A stretch of DNA of 63,734 nucleotides, the filler included, from Choristocarpus tenellus KU-1152 (Eukaryota; Protista; Phaeophyceae): the NCBI GenBank assembly GCA_964200185.2. It is 10 parts of 10 records of this genome, joined end to end, with 100 filler letters (N's around TTAATTAATTAA, not from the genome) between each part and the next. Parts side by side here need not be neighbours in the genome. Positions count along the whole stretch, not along the records: positions 30,911 to 40,125 come from CAXNAD020003875.1; positions 40,226 to 57,367 come from CAXNAD020000715.1; 8 more parts are not named here. One strand, 5' to 3'. Made by a program: the position numbers and the translations under genes. The stretch's first letter is position 1; every line of letters starts with the position of its first letter. This document shows, one piece after another, positions 38,358 to 50,519 of the stretch. Below the pieces are notes generated by a model that ran no database searches, was not told the origin of the DNA, and saw nothing but the letters and a program-made list of their open reading frames with translations.

Positions 38358-38606
38358 TGGTCGACATATCTTTGGGGTAGGGCCGCATCCATTTGGCTGC
38401 CGAATGCAAATGTCGCATTCTTCCTGTAATTCTTGCCATCAATATTGCTTGGAGATGTCAATGTCCTTTTTCCGGACGCTCCTTTCCATAGTGTAGACAT
38501 TGTACTTCTCCAAAACATTTTTGAGTAAGTGCGATGTCGTTCAAAACCCGTGGGCAGCCAAGCCCCAAAGGATAACCGGCGAAAAAGTCGTGCCCTGTAA
38601 CATAGA
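38358..38606 (-). mobile_element. Old, diverged MITE family A copy
   Basis: Colinear with 19900-20158 (GGGTAG.GCCGC.TCCATTTGG...GCCAAGCCC.AAA). Confidence 0.6.
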
Positions 38607-39690
38607 GCATCGAATCTGAAAAAGCTGGTGTTACCACTGCTGACAGCTGGCGTGTACACGGTTGTACAGGTAATGGATATAGGGCAACGGATTTGGAAAT
38701 GTGCGTGACATTACCATCTGAAGCCGGTGAGTACACGGTTATAAAGGTAACAAATACAGGGTATCGAATTTGAAAATGCTGGTATTACCACTGCTGACAG
38801 GTGGTGTGTACATGGTCGGAAACGCAAATAAATACAGGGCATCGAATCTGAAAATGTTGGTATTACCACTGCTGGCAGCTGGCGTGTATACGGTTGCAAA
38901 TGAAAAAAATACAGGGCATCGAATCTCTAAATGTTGGTATAATCGCTGCTGGCAGGTGGTGAGTACTCGGTTGGAAAGGTTAAAAATGCAAGACATCGAA
39001 TCTGAAAATGTTGGTATTACCACTGCTAGCAGCTGGTGTGCATGCGGTTGCAAACGAAAAAAATGCACAGCATCGAATCTGAACATGTTGGTATTACCAC
39101 TGCTGGCAGCTGGTGAGCAAACGGTTGCAAACGAAAAAAATACACAGCATCGAATCTGAAAATGTTGATATTTTCCACTGCTGACAGGTTGTGTCTACAC
39201 GGTTGGAAACGCAAATAAATACAGGGCATCGAATCTTAAAATGTTGGTATTACCACTGCCGACAGGTGGTGTGTACACGGTTTCAAATGAAAAAATACAG
39301 GGCATCGAATCTTAAAATGTTGGTATTACCACTGCTGGCAGCTGGTGAGTACACGGTTGCAAACGAAAAAAATACAGGGAATCGGATATGAACATGTTGG
39401 TATTACCACTGTTGACAGGGGGTGTGTACACGGTTGGAAGCGCAAATAAATACTGGGCATCGAATCTGAAAATGTTGGTGTTACCACTGCTGGCAGCTGC
39501 TGTCTACACGGTCGGAAACGCAAATAAATACAGGGCATCGAATCTGAAAATGTTGGTATTATCACTGCTGACAGGGGGTGTGTACACGGTTGGAAACGCA
39601 AATAAATACAGGGCATCGAATTTGAAAATGTTGGTATTACCACTGCTGGCAGCTGGTGAGTACACGGTTATGAAGGTAACAAATGCAACC
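38606..39690 (+). repeat. Tandem array of ~14 units of 77-78 bp
   Basis: Consensus GGGCATCGAATCTGAAAATGTTGGTATTACCACTGCTGRCAGSTGGTGWGTACACGGTTGSAAACG(CAAAT/AAAA)AAATACA, recurring every 77-78 bp. Confidence 0.95.
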
Positions 39691-40062
39691 ACTTGGGTAC
39701 AATATCATGTCAGTCACATGCTAATACATGCTACGTGTACGAACGATAGCCGCAACATCCGCCAAAGGCTCTAAATCACGACGGTGTGTTTGCGATATTG
39801 GTCGTTCAGAGACACTCTGGTGTAGGCTGCACGAAGGGTGAACGTTTCTTGTATGGTGACTCACCTTCTGGTTCCCTTTGGAGGCATTGCGGCGTCTGGT
39901 GGTTGGACTAAGCCTCTCAGTTGATTGGGGGATGTCTGCATCGGATGGGCATGTGGGAAATGGGACAGGAGAAACAAACAGAAGGAGAGAGAGAAAATGT
40001 TTTGTGCATTGAGTCAGGCCCAGAGAGGATGGCGTGTCGCGGTCGGTTCACATCATCCTCCA

Positions 40063-40125
40063 GAGTGAAACTATCTTAGAGGGTACGAATTTTTCCCTGT
40101 TTGTCCATTTGTGGGGCTTGGCTTC
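40063..40125 (+). mobile_element. MITE family A left end, truncated by the contig end
   Basis: GAGTGAAACTATCTTAGAGGGTACG... Confidence 0.85.
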
Positions 40126-40225
40126 NNNNNNNNNNNNNNNNNNNNNNNNNNNNNNNNNNNNNNNNNNNNTTAATTAATTAANNNNNNNNNNNNNNNNNNN
40201 NNNNNNNNNNNNNNNNNNNNNNNNN

Positions 40226-41032
40226 GGGGGGGTGGTTTGTGAGGGGGCGTCCGTTTCGGTCAAACAACTATTTTTTTTGCTGACATTTCAAATCCGACAC
40301 GTGCAATCAAATCACACCAAAAAAGTGAAAATCGAAAAAAGGGTGAAAAACGGACGCCGACACCCCCCCCAGATACTTTAACCCATATTTTTGCCCTTTA
40401 TTGGGATTCTTAGAATGCAACCTTGCGTATATCTCAATTGGTTTGCCTCGTTCACACGCGCAACATACTGGGTTGTGACAAAATAAACAATAGGCACCGC
40501 CGTAGTCACTTGAGTGAGGTTAGGTACTTGTCTTTAAAGAACCAATGTAAATGAGAGGTAGCCAGATTTTGGGGAATTACATTTCAAGTCCGCTTTCAAT
40601 CTTTTTCATTCACGCATATTTCTGTGGATAAAGTTGCCTTGAGAGCGTTTATTTTTCTAAGTGAAAGTATCTTCGAGGGTAGGAGTTTTGCCCTGTTTAT
40701 TCTTTTGGAGCTTGGCTTCCCACCAGCTTTTTTATAACATTTTACTACTCCGAAATGTTTCGGAGTAGGTTTAATGTATGCATTATGAAATGGTGTGTCT
40801 GGAACAAGGATAATGGCACTTCCTAACAAACACAATAGCCAAAATTACATCAAAATCGGAATATTGGATTGTTGACCCCAAACGGGCGCGACTCTATCCT
40901 CTAGGATACTTTGACAATAGATATCGTGTGGAACCTTTTCGACACAATTCAGAAGATATCCTATACACGTTATTTGAAAAAAAGGCGAATTTTGCACATA
41001 TTTGTCAGGTTACCTCTCGTTTACTTCGGCTC
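40226..41032. mobile_element. Nested MITE cluster (B at 40226-40384, D end to 40449, C at ~40540-41032 containing A at 40659-40915)
   Basis: Each segment matches sibling copies elsewhere in the window. Confidence 0.75.
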
Positions 41033-41449
41033 AAAAATGTTAGCAGAGCGTACGAACGCACAACATAACATGGCACCAGATTGGGTATTACTTCAACATC
41101 CCCACCAACGACAAATGACACCATGAACTGGAAAATTCCAAATATGTTTGTTCCCTGAACGATAAAAAATCCAAGTTCCAGGAGATAATACTCTGGGCTT
41201 CAATGAGTCACTCTGAATCCAAAATGATTCTGTGTCATATATACATGCACAAATATATTTTTCATCACTCTCCATCCAATCCTTTTTTTTGTTTCCTTGT
41301 GAAGTGTTTTCTCAACATTAATCCCTTCCCCACAAAGAACTTATATATGCCAAATGGCTAGGTCCTATTTCAGTCGAAACATGATTTCTTCTAACTCCTT
41401 GTGGTAATTCTTGAAAAGTTTAACAAGAAGTTCTTGAAACACTGCAACA

Positions 41450-42485
41450 ATCTCGAAGTTGGAGGCCCACATTGCTTTATACCAAGACATTGCCAACCTC
41501 CCTGATCGACACGAAATCATGGTCATTGACTCTCAGTCGCAAGAAGATCATGCACCCCCAGAAACGACGAAATTTGAGTTCTTCAAAATGTTCATGATAA
41601 CTTTGGTCTCTGTCCGGACGTGGGCGTACAGCTTCATGGTTGTTGTCAACACTGACACTCCACAGGCTAACCCTTCATGCAGGACACAACGGAGAAATAG
41701 ATAATCGACTGCTGCAAACCCTTAGCCACAGAATACGAACATGTTCTCAAGGTGCTGCTACTTTACATATTGTCACATGGTTGTGGAAGCCACCATAACA
41801 ACCGTTGCCAAATGAACTGAGTGGGTCAGACACACCAAAAGCTTGGAGTTGCAATGGTGCACAACTTCTTTGGCTCCTCCCACATCAAGGGTTTGTCGGA
41901 TGCAATGGGAGCTGTCTTCAAGAACATTGCCTCCAGAATTGAAATCAATGTTGTATATTTGCCAGGAAACACATCCTTGGTCAGAGCCAAACCAATTGAG
42001 AGGTAAAAGGTTTTTACCATCTTGCATTCTAAGCTATTTTTCATGCTCTGTGCAAAACAATCTACTTCACTGCTTTATGTGCACAATAGCGTATGCAAAA
42101 TAGATATTCTCCTTTCCAGACACAAACTGACACCACACTTAAGCATACTCTTTCTGCAATTGTATAAAATGGCGTATTTTTGCCCTTTCTTTCTCGAGAT
42201 CCTAAAATTGCAACCTCGCCTACCTCTAAATTGGTTTGGCTCTCAATAACCTCAGATTGACAAACATTGGAGTACCTCTACATGCACCCTACACGTAGTT
42301 AAGGAAGAGCATTGCGGGAGGTAACCGTCGTAACCTCAAATAAGTTCATCCTTGCCAAGGTAAGCATCTTGTAAGAACGTTGACCACATTGATTTCCAGA
42401 TAATCTATGCATGGGCGTATATATTTTGTCGTGTCCCTTGTGTCCTCTGTCTATCTGTGATTGCCTTGTATATGATGACGTCAAA
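41450..42485 (+). pseudogene. Decayed Sola2-like DDE transposase core
   Basis: HQKLGVAMVHNFFGSSHIKGLSDAMGAVFKNIA resembles the W/HxFFxxxHGKGxxDGxGGxxK motif of Sola2 transposases. A downstream ILSCPLC is present. A MITE D copy interrupts it. Confidence 0.6.
41984..42242 (+). mobile_element. MITE family D, TSD TCA
   Basis: TIRs GAGCCAAACCAATTGAGAGGTA / TACCTCTAAATTGGTTTGGCTC. Confidence 0.88.
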
Positions 42486-42487
42486 TA

Positions 42488-42758
42488 GAGTGAAAATATA
42501 TTAGAGGGTACGATTTTTTTCCTTTTTGGTTCATGTGGGGCTTGGCTTCCCATGGGTTTTGTAATGACATTTTCCTACTCCAAAACATTTCGGAGTAGTA
42601 GTTAAAATGTATACGTTATGATGAGAAGGTGTGTCCAAAACACGGATATTTGACACTTCCTAACAAACACGATAGCCAAAATTACATCAAAATCGCAACA
42701 TTGGATTCTGGTCCCCAAATAAATGGACGGCGCCCTACCCTCGAAGATACTTTGGCTC
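42488..42758 (+). mobile_element. MITE family A, TSD ATA
   Basis: GAGTGAAAATATATTAGAGGGTA...TACCCTCGAAGATACTTTGGCTC. Confidence 0.88.
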
Positions 42759-44091
42759 ATAAGTGCCAGAAAGTGTGTGTATGTGGTTTTGTCTCGACAC
42801 TATTATTTTTCCATTTATTTCTGCTTCTACCAGTTTTTCTTCATTTTTTTAGTATCTATATTTATTTCCTGTGTTCATTCTGGCTTTATTTATATTTTTT
42901 GGGGTTGGAGTACGAGTTACACTTCTCCATGGCATCTATCTGCAAAATGTTTCAAGGACCATTGTCGGTTCAACATCGTGCATGAAAAGGGTATTGGCAA
43001 ATCAATCAATGCCTGAATCGATCAGTCTGGGTTGTGGTGATTTTGAGGATACCCCTCTCACTTGACTGTGTATTTATTGTATTTTTTGTTGTTTCCTCCA
43101 AGAAATGTATCTATCTGCAATTTTTCAGTGAACAAGTACACATTATATTATGGCGTGTGGCGAATAGTACGGGATGTGGGCTGTCCAGTGGAAATGGGTA
43201 CTTGTAACCCACATAAAATGTGCTTGTGGCATTATTGTGTGTCAGTAGACTCCTCAAAAAAGTTTATATAGGGGATGGTGGATGATGGATGTGTGTATCC
43301 AAGATGTATGATGAATGGTTCAGTGGTAGTACCATTTTCGCAGAATGTGTGGTTTGTGTTGATTTCATCTCTACATTTTTTCCTACTTATGTTACTATTT
43401 TTAAATAGTCGGTTCCATCTCTCCTCTTATTTCTATATGTCGGTTGTATCTCTGTTTGACCGTTGTACCTCAGTCTGTCTCTCCAACATCAATGTTACTC
43501 TACCAGTTTCATCTTCTTTTCTTTCATTTTATTTTTCGTCCAGATCCAGACTATCATAACTACTTCCAAAGAAACATTGTCTAAATAATATTAGTTACTA
43601 TTTATATTGGTAAAGTAAAAATCGCCCAATCGCTCAATATCTCAGTGTATATTCTCGTCTCATTCAGATATGTATCTTCCAACCTCAATTTTTTGTAAAT
43701 CCCCCTCACAAATTCATTTGAAATCGCTTGAAAAATTATACATCCATACATATTTAGTATGTAGGCTGTTTGGACCCAACGGGTAGGAAGGTAAGGGGAC
43801 TATTCACTATTCAACTCTAATTGATATACTTTACATCATACTTTAGTGTATTCTTCAAATTTTCAAGTTACAAATGCATAAAAATCCCTCATTTAATTGA
43901 AGGGTGTTGGAAGTTGGTAATGTCGAAATAATACTTGATTATGACTATGAAAAGAAACGATTAAATTTTCCTCTCATCTCTCATCAACTCATTATTTTGT
44001 CATCCAACCATCAACGTTTTTCCAACTCTTTGTACGCAATTTGATGCACAAGAATTTAAAGTTCCCCTAAGCGCCTCTGGGCGTTGCCCAT

Positions 44092-45670
44092 ATGACGAGG
44101 ATACTCACTTTCCTTGTTCTCTTCTTCGTACTCCATATCACATTCAAGTCCGGATTTTCTCTCGCAACAATGAGCATGAAGATGTCAACAAGTAGCATAC
44201 ACTCACCAGCTACCCCTGTGCCATCTCAGCCGTCAGAAATCAAAGGAATCCTGTTCGACATGGATGGAACTCTGACGGATAGTGACGTCCTTCACTTTGA
44301 GGCTTATCGCGACACACTGCTGCAGGTGGTGATGCGTCTCTGGGTATTAGTTTGTCACTACCGTTTTCGAGCTGTAGTGTTCCGAGTGTTTATCAGGTTA
44401 TCACCTGACCGCAAATTCCAATGCCTTCATTTAGGTGACACCAACATTTAACGAGGGAAGAGCAATTACACGCAAATTCTACGATGAATGGATGACAGGG
44501 AATAGCAACCCAGCCATTGGTGAGTTGTGTGTCTTCTTTACGCTTCTTCAATTCAACCTGTTCCTGTGGTCGGGGATTTCTCATCCCTCTGAATAATCTT
44601 ACCTCATCTAGACCGAGATGGCGTTTGCCACTTGGGAGAGCATGTGCATATGCCTACGTTTTCCTTAGCATATGCACACAGGTATGCGTGTGTGTTTAAA
44701 CGTTTGGCATTGAGGTGTGCACTGCCAGTGTACTGGATGGAGTTCAGCCAGCTTCGGTTTCTGGCTGTGCCCTTTTCTACATGTTTTATCACCGTTGAAC
44801 TGACGAACAGTGCCTGTTTTGTTAGAATACACCCCCTGCTTCTTCTGTATCAACCTACGAGTCACGCTTGTTTCCTCGCTTGTGGCACACGTCCAGTGTC
44901 CAAGCTGTTCCCGGATATGTCTCCTGAGAAGCAAATGGCCTTGTGGAAGGCGAAGGAGGCAATGTATCGTCACATTTCCACCGGCATGACCAAGCTTCCA
45001 GGTCTTCTCAATATCCTTGAGCGCTGTGAGCAAGCGGGACTGGCTATGATTGTGGTCACGAATGCTCCTCGAGCTGATACTGTTCACACACTGGACATCC
45101 TGGGTCTCACTGACAGGTAACGGTATCTTCTTAGAACCTAACATAGGTTACGTTTGGTCAAAGTTTGGATAGCATCGCTTTAATGGCGATGCAAGCCCCA
45201 GTTATCCCATAGGAGTGCTACCGTGCAGGTGGCCAAATACCTCTCTACTACTGCGGAGGTTTACACATACGTTGATCTTGATAGGTCAGTTTTTGAGATC
45301 GCTGGTTGCCGAATAGTCTCCATGTCTTGGAAGCATGATGCACTTAACTAGGACTAACCAACTTCTTAATTTGTTGGTCAGATTCGGCAAAAACTTCGTG
45401 ATTGGCTATGAATGCAAGCGATCGAAACCTCACCCGGACCCGTACATCGAGGGCTTGACAAGGCTGGGTCTCACAGCTGATGTTTGCGTTGCTTTTGAAG
45501 ATAGTGTGAATGGAGTATCGTCTGCTGTTGCTGCAGGGCTCTATACGGTGGGCGTAAATCGTCACTCATTACACCGAAAGCTGAAAGGAGTTGGCGCCGG
45601 TCTGTGTGTCACAGATTACTTAGATACTAACCTGCCAACATTGCTGGGACTACGGCAAGGAGAAGAATAG
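44092..45670 (+). CDS. HAD-superfamily hydrolase (CbbY/Sgpp/beta-PGM-like phosphatase), 4 exons, probably plastid-targeted
   Basis: Exons 44092-44325, 44435-44519, 44897-45116 and 45382-45670 join in phase through GT-AG introns. Motifs: I LFDMDGTLTDS, II VVTNA, III KPHPDPY, IV FEDS. The N-terminus has a hydrophobic signal and an S/T-rich transit-like segment. Confidence 0.93.
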
Positions 45671-47622
45671 CAGAATACTTCAAAAAACAGGGTATTTGTG
45701 GAGTACCCCGATGGAATCTCCCCCTGGTTGTTTTTGCTCTGGACTAGTGGATGCTTCTATAGTTTGAATGATATACACAAATTGGATTGCTTAGTTACTA
45801 GGGTAGGCTGAGAGCTGGGTATGAAGAATGACCTAGGCTACATGTAAGGAAAGATGCAGGAGTCTCTTCAAGCACAGCTATTCCAAACTTTGGTTCTGGT
45901 TGTTGTGTTGGTAAAGGGTGAGAGACAATCTTGCTCCTCTCTATAGTATGCAGAGGCCCACCACTGTACATCAATGGGCCTCTCCCAGATATTCACAGAT
46001 CATACCTTGTGCTCAAGTACATGTGTAGATACATAGTGATATTGGTTGGTGTATTGCTATGGAAGAAAGTAGAGCTGTAAAGACAGGATAGGGTGCACCT
46101 TAGTTGTTGGATTATATTAATGACACAATTATGAACAGAAAGTTTTCTGGACAACAATTTGCTGCTGATTGCAATTCATCCTTGTCACACGGGTTGCTGG
46201 GAACCAGAATGGTGACAAGTGATGAGCAGTGTCCTGTTTTTGTCATCATGCAGTCTACCTTGCTTTGAGCTGGACTTGGTGAGGGCTGAAGTTGTACTAT
46301 CAAACTTGTCTATGTTTGCTGATTATGGGCACACCCTTCACACAGGCCAAGGTGGCAAAGATACAATGTTCATGGAACCATCTTGATCTCATTATTATAT
46401 TTCGAAAAGATTAGATCCATTTGGAGAGCTGTGGTTCTCCAACCCCTGAGGAATTTATTGTGACAAGTGCCACTGGTAACACCTACAATCTCCTTCTCAA
46501 TTTTATGTAGTTGTTAACATGCCATTATTTCTCCTGATTATCTATGAGTGTTGCCACTATCAGGGATGTACTGTGCATAGCATTGCAGTTTAGTGGGCAA
46601 TATGATATCAAAATCACATGAAACTTGTACCAGTTATGATGGAAGAAATTCTACCTCACACCTAGCTCCCAGTTTCTATTGGGGGCAATTCTTGACCTAT
46701 ATTTACATCCCTAGCCAGCAGCAAGTCATGCGCATGGGTTCCCAAGGCATGATGAAGCTGCTCAATGTGAGTCACTGACGAGAATCTTCAATGAATCAGG
46801 TAGTGCACTTTTCCAGGCTACTCTTTGTAATTGGAAGAAGGCTACTGTTTCATTGTTAATATGATCCTTCAGCCTATTTTTTGCATTTTTCTTTTCACTG
46901 GCTCCTTGCAAAATGAGAAGTTTGACAGTTTCCGCAACTGTAGATGGTGTGCTTTTGGGTTAAGAAGAAATAGAACGCAAGTGGCTACCTTTTTGTGATA
47001 CCCAAATTTGCCAGGAAATTTTCTCTGTGGTACCAATGTGTATAAATGATACCAGGTATATAACCCTGAATGGTAGGTAGAAAGGTGAGGTGGAGGTAAG
47101 ACTCATGAACTAGTGATCTGGGCCAGGACTCTCCCCCTCCCCTTCCAACCGCAAAGGACAGAGTTTCCTCTGCTCTACAAAGACCCCTCATGCACTGTGA
47201 CCCACCAATGGTTTATGCTCCTATTTTCGATCCATGCAACCTTGATATCTATCATGTGTGTGAGTGGCTATTGTTATTCAAACCTCCCTTGTCCCCTCCC
47301 CCAGGATGCCAGAACTCCTGATTAGGTTTTACTTAGGGTTGTCATTCCCAATCCCTAGGGCCTCTTGGACTAGAGAGCCTATCCAATTCAAACATGAAAT
47401 TTGAATGTGAGAGGCTGGGCACTCACTACCTGAATAATTCTTACATGGCCCATTTCCTTAATTTTCTATTTGTACAAAAGTATTATAATAGTATGAGGTA
47501 GGAGGACCAAAGGTGTACCCTATTTCTTTTTGGGGCGGCTGTCATGTAGGGGGCAGGGCACATCTTCTATCAATGGTATGTCGAAGACAGCCTTGGACAA
47601 AAGTGAAATTAAATTATGTTTA

Positions 47623-47808
47623 GGCTCAAAGCATCTGGGAGGGGGGGGTGGTGGCTGTCCATTTGGGCTCAATTTTTTCACATCGTGATTTTCAGGTGAT
47701 TTGGTTGCATATGTCGGATGGACAACGTAAATACACTTTTCCTGATTTTGGCCCAAATGGACACCCTGGTGTAGACCCCCTCCCCCTCCCCCCCAGATAC
47801 TTTGTGGG
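47623..47808 (-). mobile_element. MITE family E (reverse orientation), TSD TTA
   Basis: Reverse complement of the 25496 and 20895 copies. Confidence 0.8.
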
Positions 47809-48486
47809 TTATCCAAAATGTTGCAGTAAGGGCTGAGAAGTCTACCCAATATGGGGGAGGGGTGAACAGAGGGTGTGGAATGTTGCCCAAGGTCGGATTT
47901 GAGATACCACCGACTTTTCCACTTCCCAGTCATTAGTGGGTAAAAGATAGCACCTGGGGAGGGACATATGATCCATTTTTTTGCAGTGCAGAGGAAGAAA
48001 TCCAAACCCTGGCAGTGTAGTGATAAGAAGCAACTGATGCAACTGAGAGCACAGTTTCAAAAATGTTCTACAACAGTGGTCCTAGAATTAGAAGTACTAC
48101 CAGAACCAGAATTAATAGTTTCTTGTGGGTAAACATCAGCTAAGTTGAGCTGGTCCTTGACAAAGTTAAACGTTTTTTCGTATCCCTCCAATCTTTGCAA
48201 CCAATACAAAAGCCCACTCTTGACAGATTTTCCTGTCACTAGTTACTGATTTAACTTTTCTTGCAGTGCCAACGTTTGAAAAGCGACACAGAGGTTGAAA
48301 AGCGACACAGAGGCAATTGAGATATTTATTTTTTGTGATTGTTGCAAAATCTGGACTCACCAATGCATCGGGACAAATCAATGAAACCACAATTGTGTTT
48401 CAAGGATCTGTCAGCGCCATTCCAAAAATGTAGTGGTATTGCATTAATGGTGATACGCAAGCAAGAACCTCTAAATCGCTGGATGA

Positions 48487-48716
48487 GAGCCAAAGTAAAC
48501 GAAGGACGCCCAGCATTTCAGGTCTTTTAAAAACCTTTTGCAATCCACCCATGTATCTATGGATAAAGTTCTGAGTCTGACAAGAGAGCGTTTATCTCTA
48601 TTGTTTTGAAATTTTTCCGACAAAATTCAGAAAATGTCCTAAAAAAAGGGGATTTTGCACATATTTGTGAGCATCCTTAAGATGCAACTCTGGATACATC
48701 TCGTTTACTTTGACCC
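48487..48716 (-). mobile_element. MITE family C
   Basis: GAGCCAAAGTAAACGA...TCGTTTACTTTGACCC, with flanks ATGA and ATTA. Confidence 0.85.
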
Positions 48717-50182
48717 ATTATTAGCAAGGTTGTATTTACCTCTGCTGTTGAGGCATATCTGTTTGTGAAGAGCATAGTACAAGCACCAACTCAGTAGAAT
48801 GGTCCCAAAAAAAAAACTTCATTCCTTTGTTCCGTTGAATCCTGATTTGATCACGCCATTGTTAATTTTTCTTACCTGCTAATATTTCATTTTCTGTACC
48901 AAGCAAGGTGGTGCGAGGACTTACAGGTCATTTCTGGCATCTGGCGGCATCTAGTACAGTTGCCAAAGAAAAAGCTCCTCTGTTCTTTGTACTCCTCTGT
49001 AATACCTCAATCCCTGCATCACCATATCACCTACTTGTACCATTGGCCATACCAAGAAGAAAGAGGCTTCTATCCCTCGCATAGCAACCAGAGTGTCTAC
49101 CAAAAGGCAGGGGGTCACTTGTTGTATCATTGCTCATGGATTAATATTGATATTTATTGTCATCACTACTTATATTTTATTTATTGTGCAGTGGAGTGTA
49201 GCTTTCTTGAATCACGCAAGGACCTCTTCACCGAAGTGAAGAGGAGCTAGCTCTATTTTCGGTTTTTGCATGCAGTTTTCGGATGCACCAGTAAAAGAAA
49301 CCCCCAACGAACTCCCACCCCCTGGCTACCTATGGCTATGTTCTCGGGTATATAAACAATTGACCCTAATCTCTCAAAGAGAGCCTGCCTCTTGCAAACA
49401 ATTAGAACCATTTTCAAATCCGTAGGCGACTACAACTCGCTCGGGATAAGCTGTTTGGCACAACCATGACCAAACCAAAGTCCGTCAACAGTCGAGAGTG
49501 ATCAGCCCAAGGAGAACAATTGCCTGTAACCAGCCTCCCGGCGTGTACCATATATAACAGCTTCACTTTAATGAGGTAACTGCAATAAACAAGAAAAAAA
49601 ACCCTCTTTTCATCCTAAAATAAATGAAGAGATATTTTTTTGCGGGTAACTACAGGACCTCAACATATCAATAGATAGTGTTGGGAGTCCAGTAAAAAGA
49701 GGCAAACCCATGAGAAAACCCCTCCAGCGTTGCCCTAGTGACATCCATACCTTGCGTCGATCATTTAGTACTTGACTTGACATTCAAGTCAGAACCCCAA
49801 ACCGAAATACTTAATTTAAGCATTCCCTCAACATCAAATACTTGAAATGATTGAAGGTACTGCTTTGCAGGGTTAATTGCATGCATGAGGAGTGAGTAAC
49901 CACCAAAGTCATTGGCGATTGGAGAACTTGAAGATGGAAAGCACAAGCAAGGTTTAGTAGGGAAGAGGACCATTGGAGGATGGATGTGTTCGCAAGATGA
50001 CCTGGAGGAGTTTTGGATCAAAGTCAAGGGGTAGCGTAGACGGCCAATTATTAAACGTCAAGGGGCAGATGGCACACAAGTGTGTTTGATGGAACCAATG
50101 CTTTATGGACAAGCTGCAGTCAGAGAAGAAATCTGGTTTTGATGGTCCAAAGTATTCCTAGTAAATGATACCATGGACATAC

Positions 50183-50519
50183 TGTGCAATATAGGCTAGG
50201 CAGTCTATAGAGAGTTATATATTTAGTGAACAGTGGACTACAACAGAAGTATTGACTGAGCAGAGAAAGGGCCAAGGGTTTGATTTGGTGTGCTTCGAGT
50301 TGTAGGTTCGAGTCTCGATGGGTTTTCTTATTTGGTTCAATGTAAGTGGCTGACGTAGTGTGACTGACAAAGACACATTTTGACGTGTCTGATGACGTGC
50401 GCAATAGATAATAATATAAGGAAGAGCATCCCACCACCAAGGGCTGTACTCACTCCGCTAATAAATAAATCCATACAACTTAAAGCAAAGACTCTATTGG
50501 AAGAGTTCTCTTTTGCATA
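50183..50519. mobile_element. Solo LTR (337 bp) with 5-bp TSD CATAC
   Basis: Ends TGTGCAA...TTGCATA. CATAC at 50178-50182 and 50520-50524. A second copy's end is at 30911-31015. Confidence 0.75.

Noticed and set aside
38606-39690. CRISPR- or TIGR-like array
   Set aside because: The variable segments are homologous to each other rather than unique spacers, no cas or other nuclease gene is visible, and the context is eukaryotic. Kept as a tandem array.
50240-50325. Intact tRNA gene
   Set aside because: A B-box-like motif is present but the acceptor and T stems do not pair.
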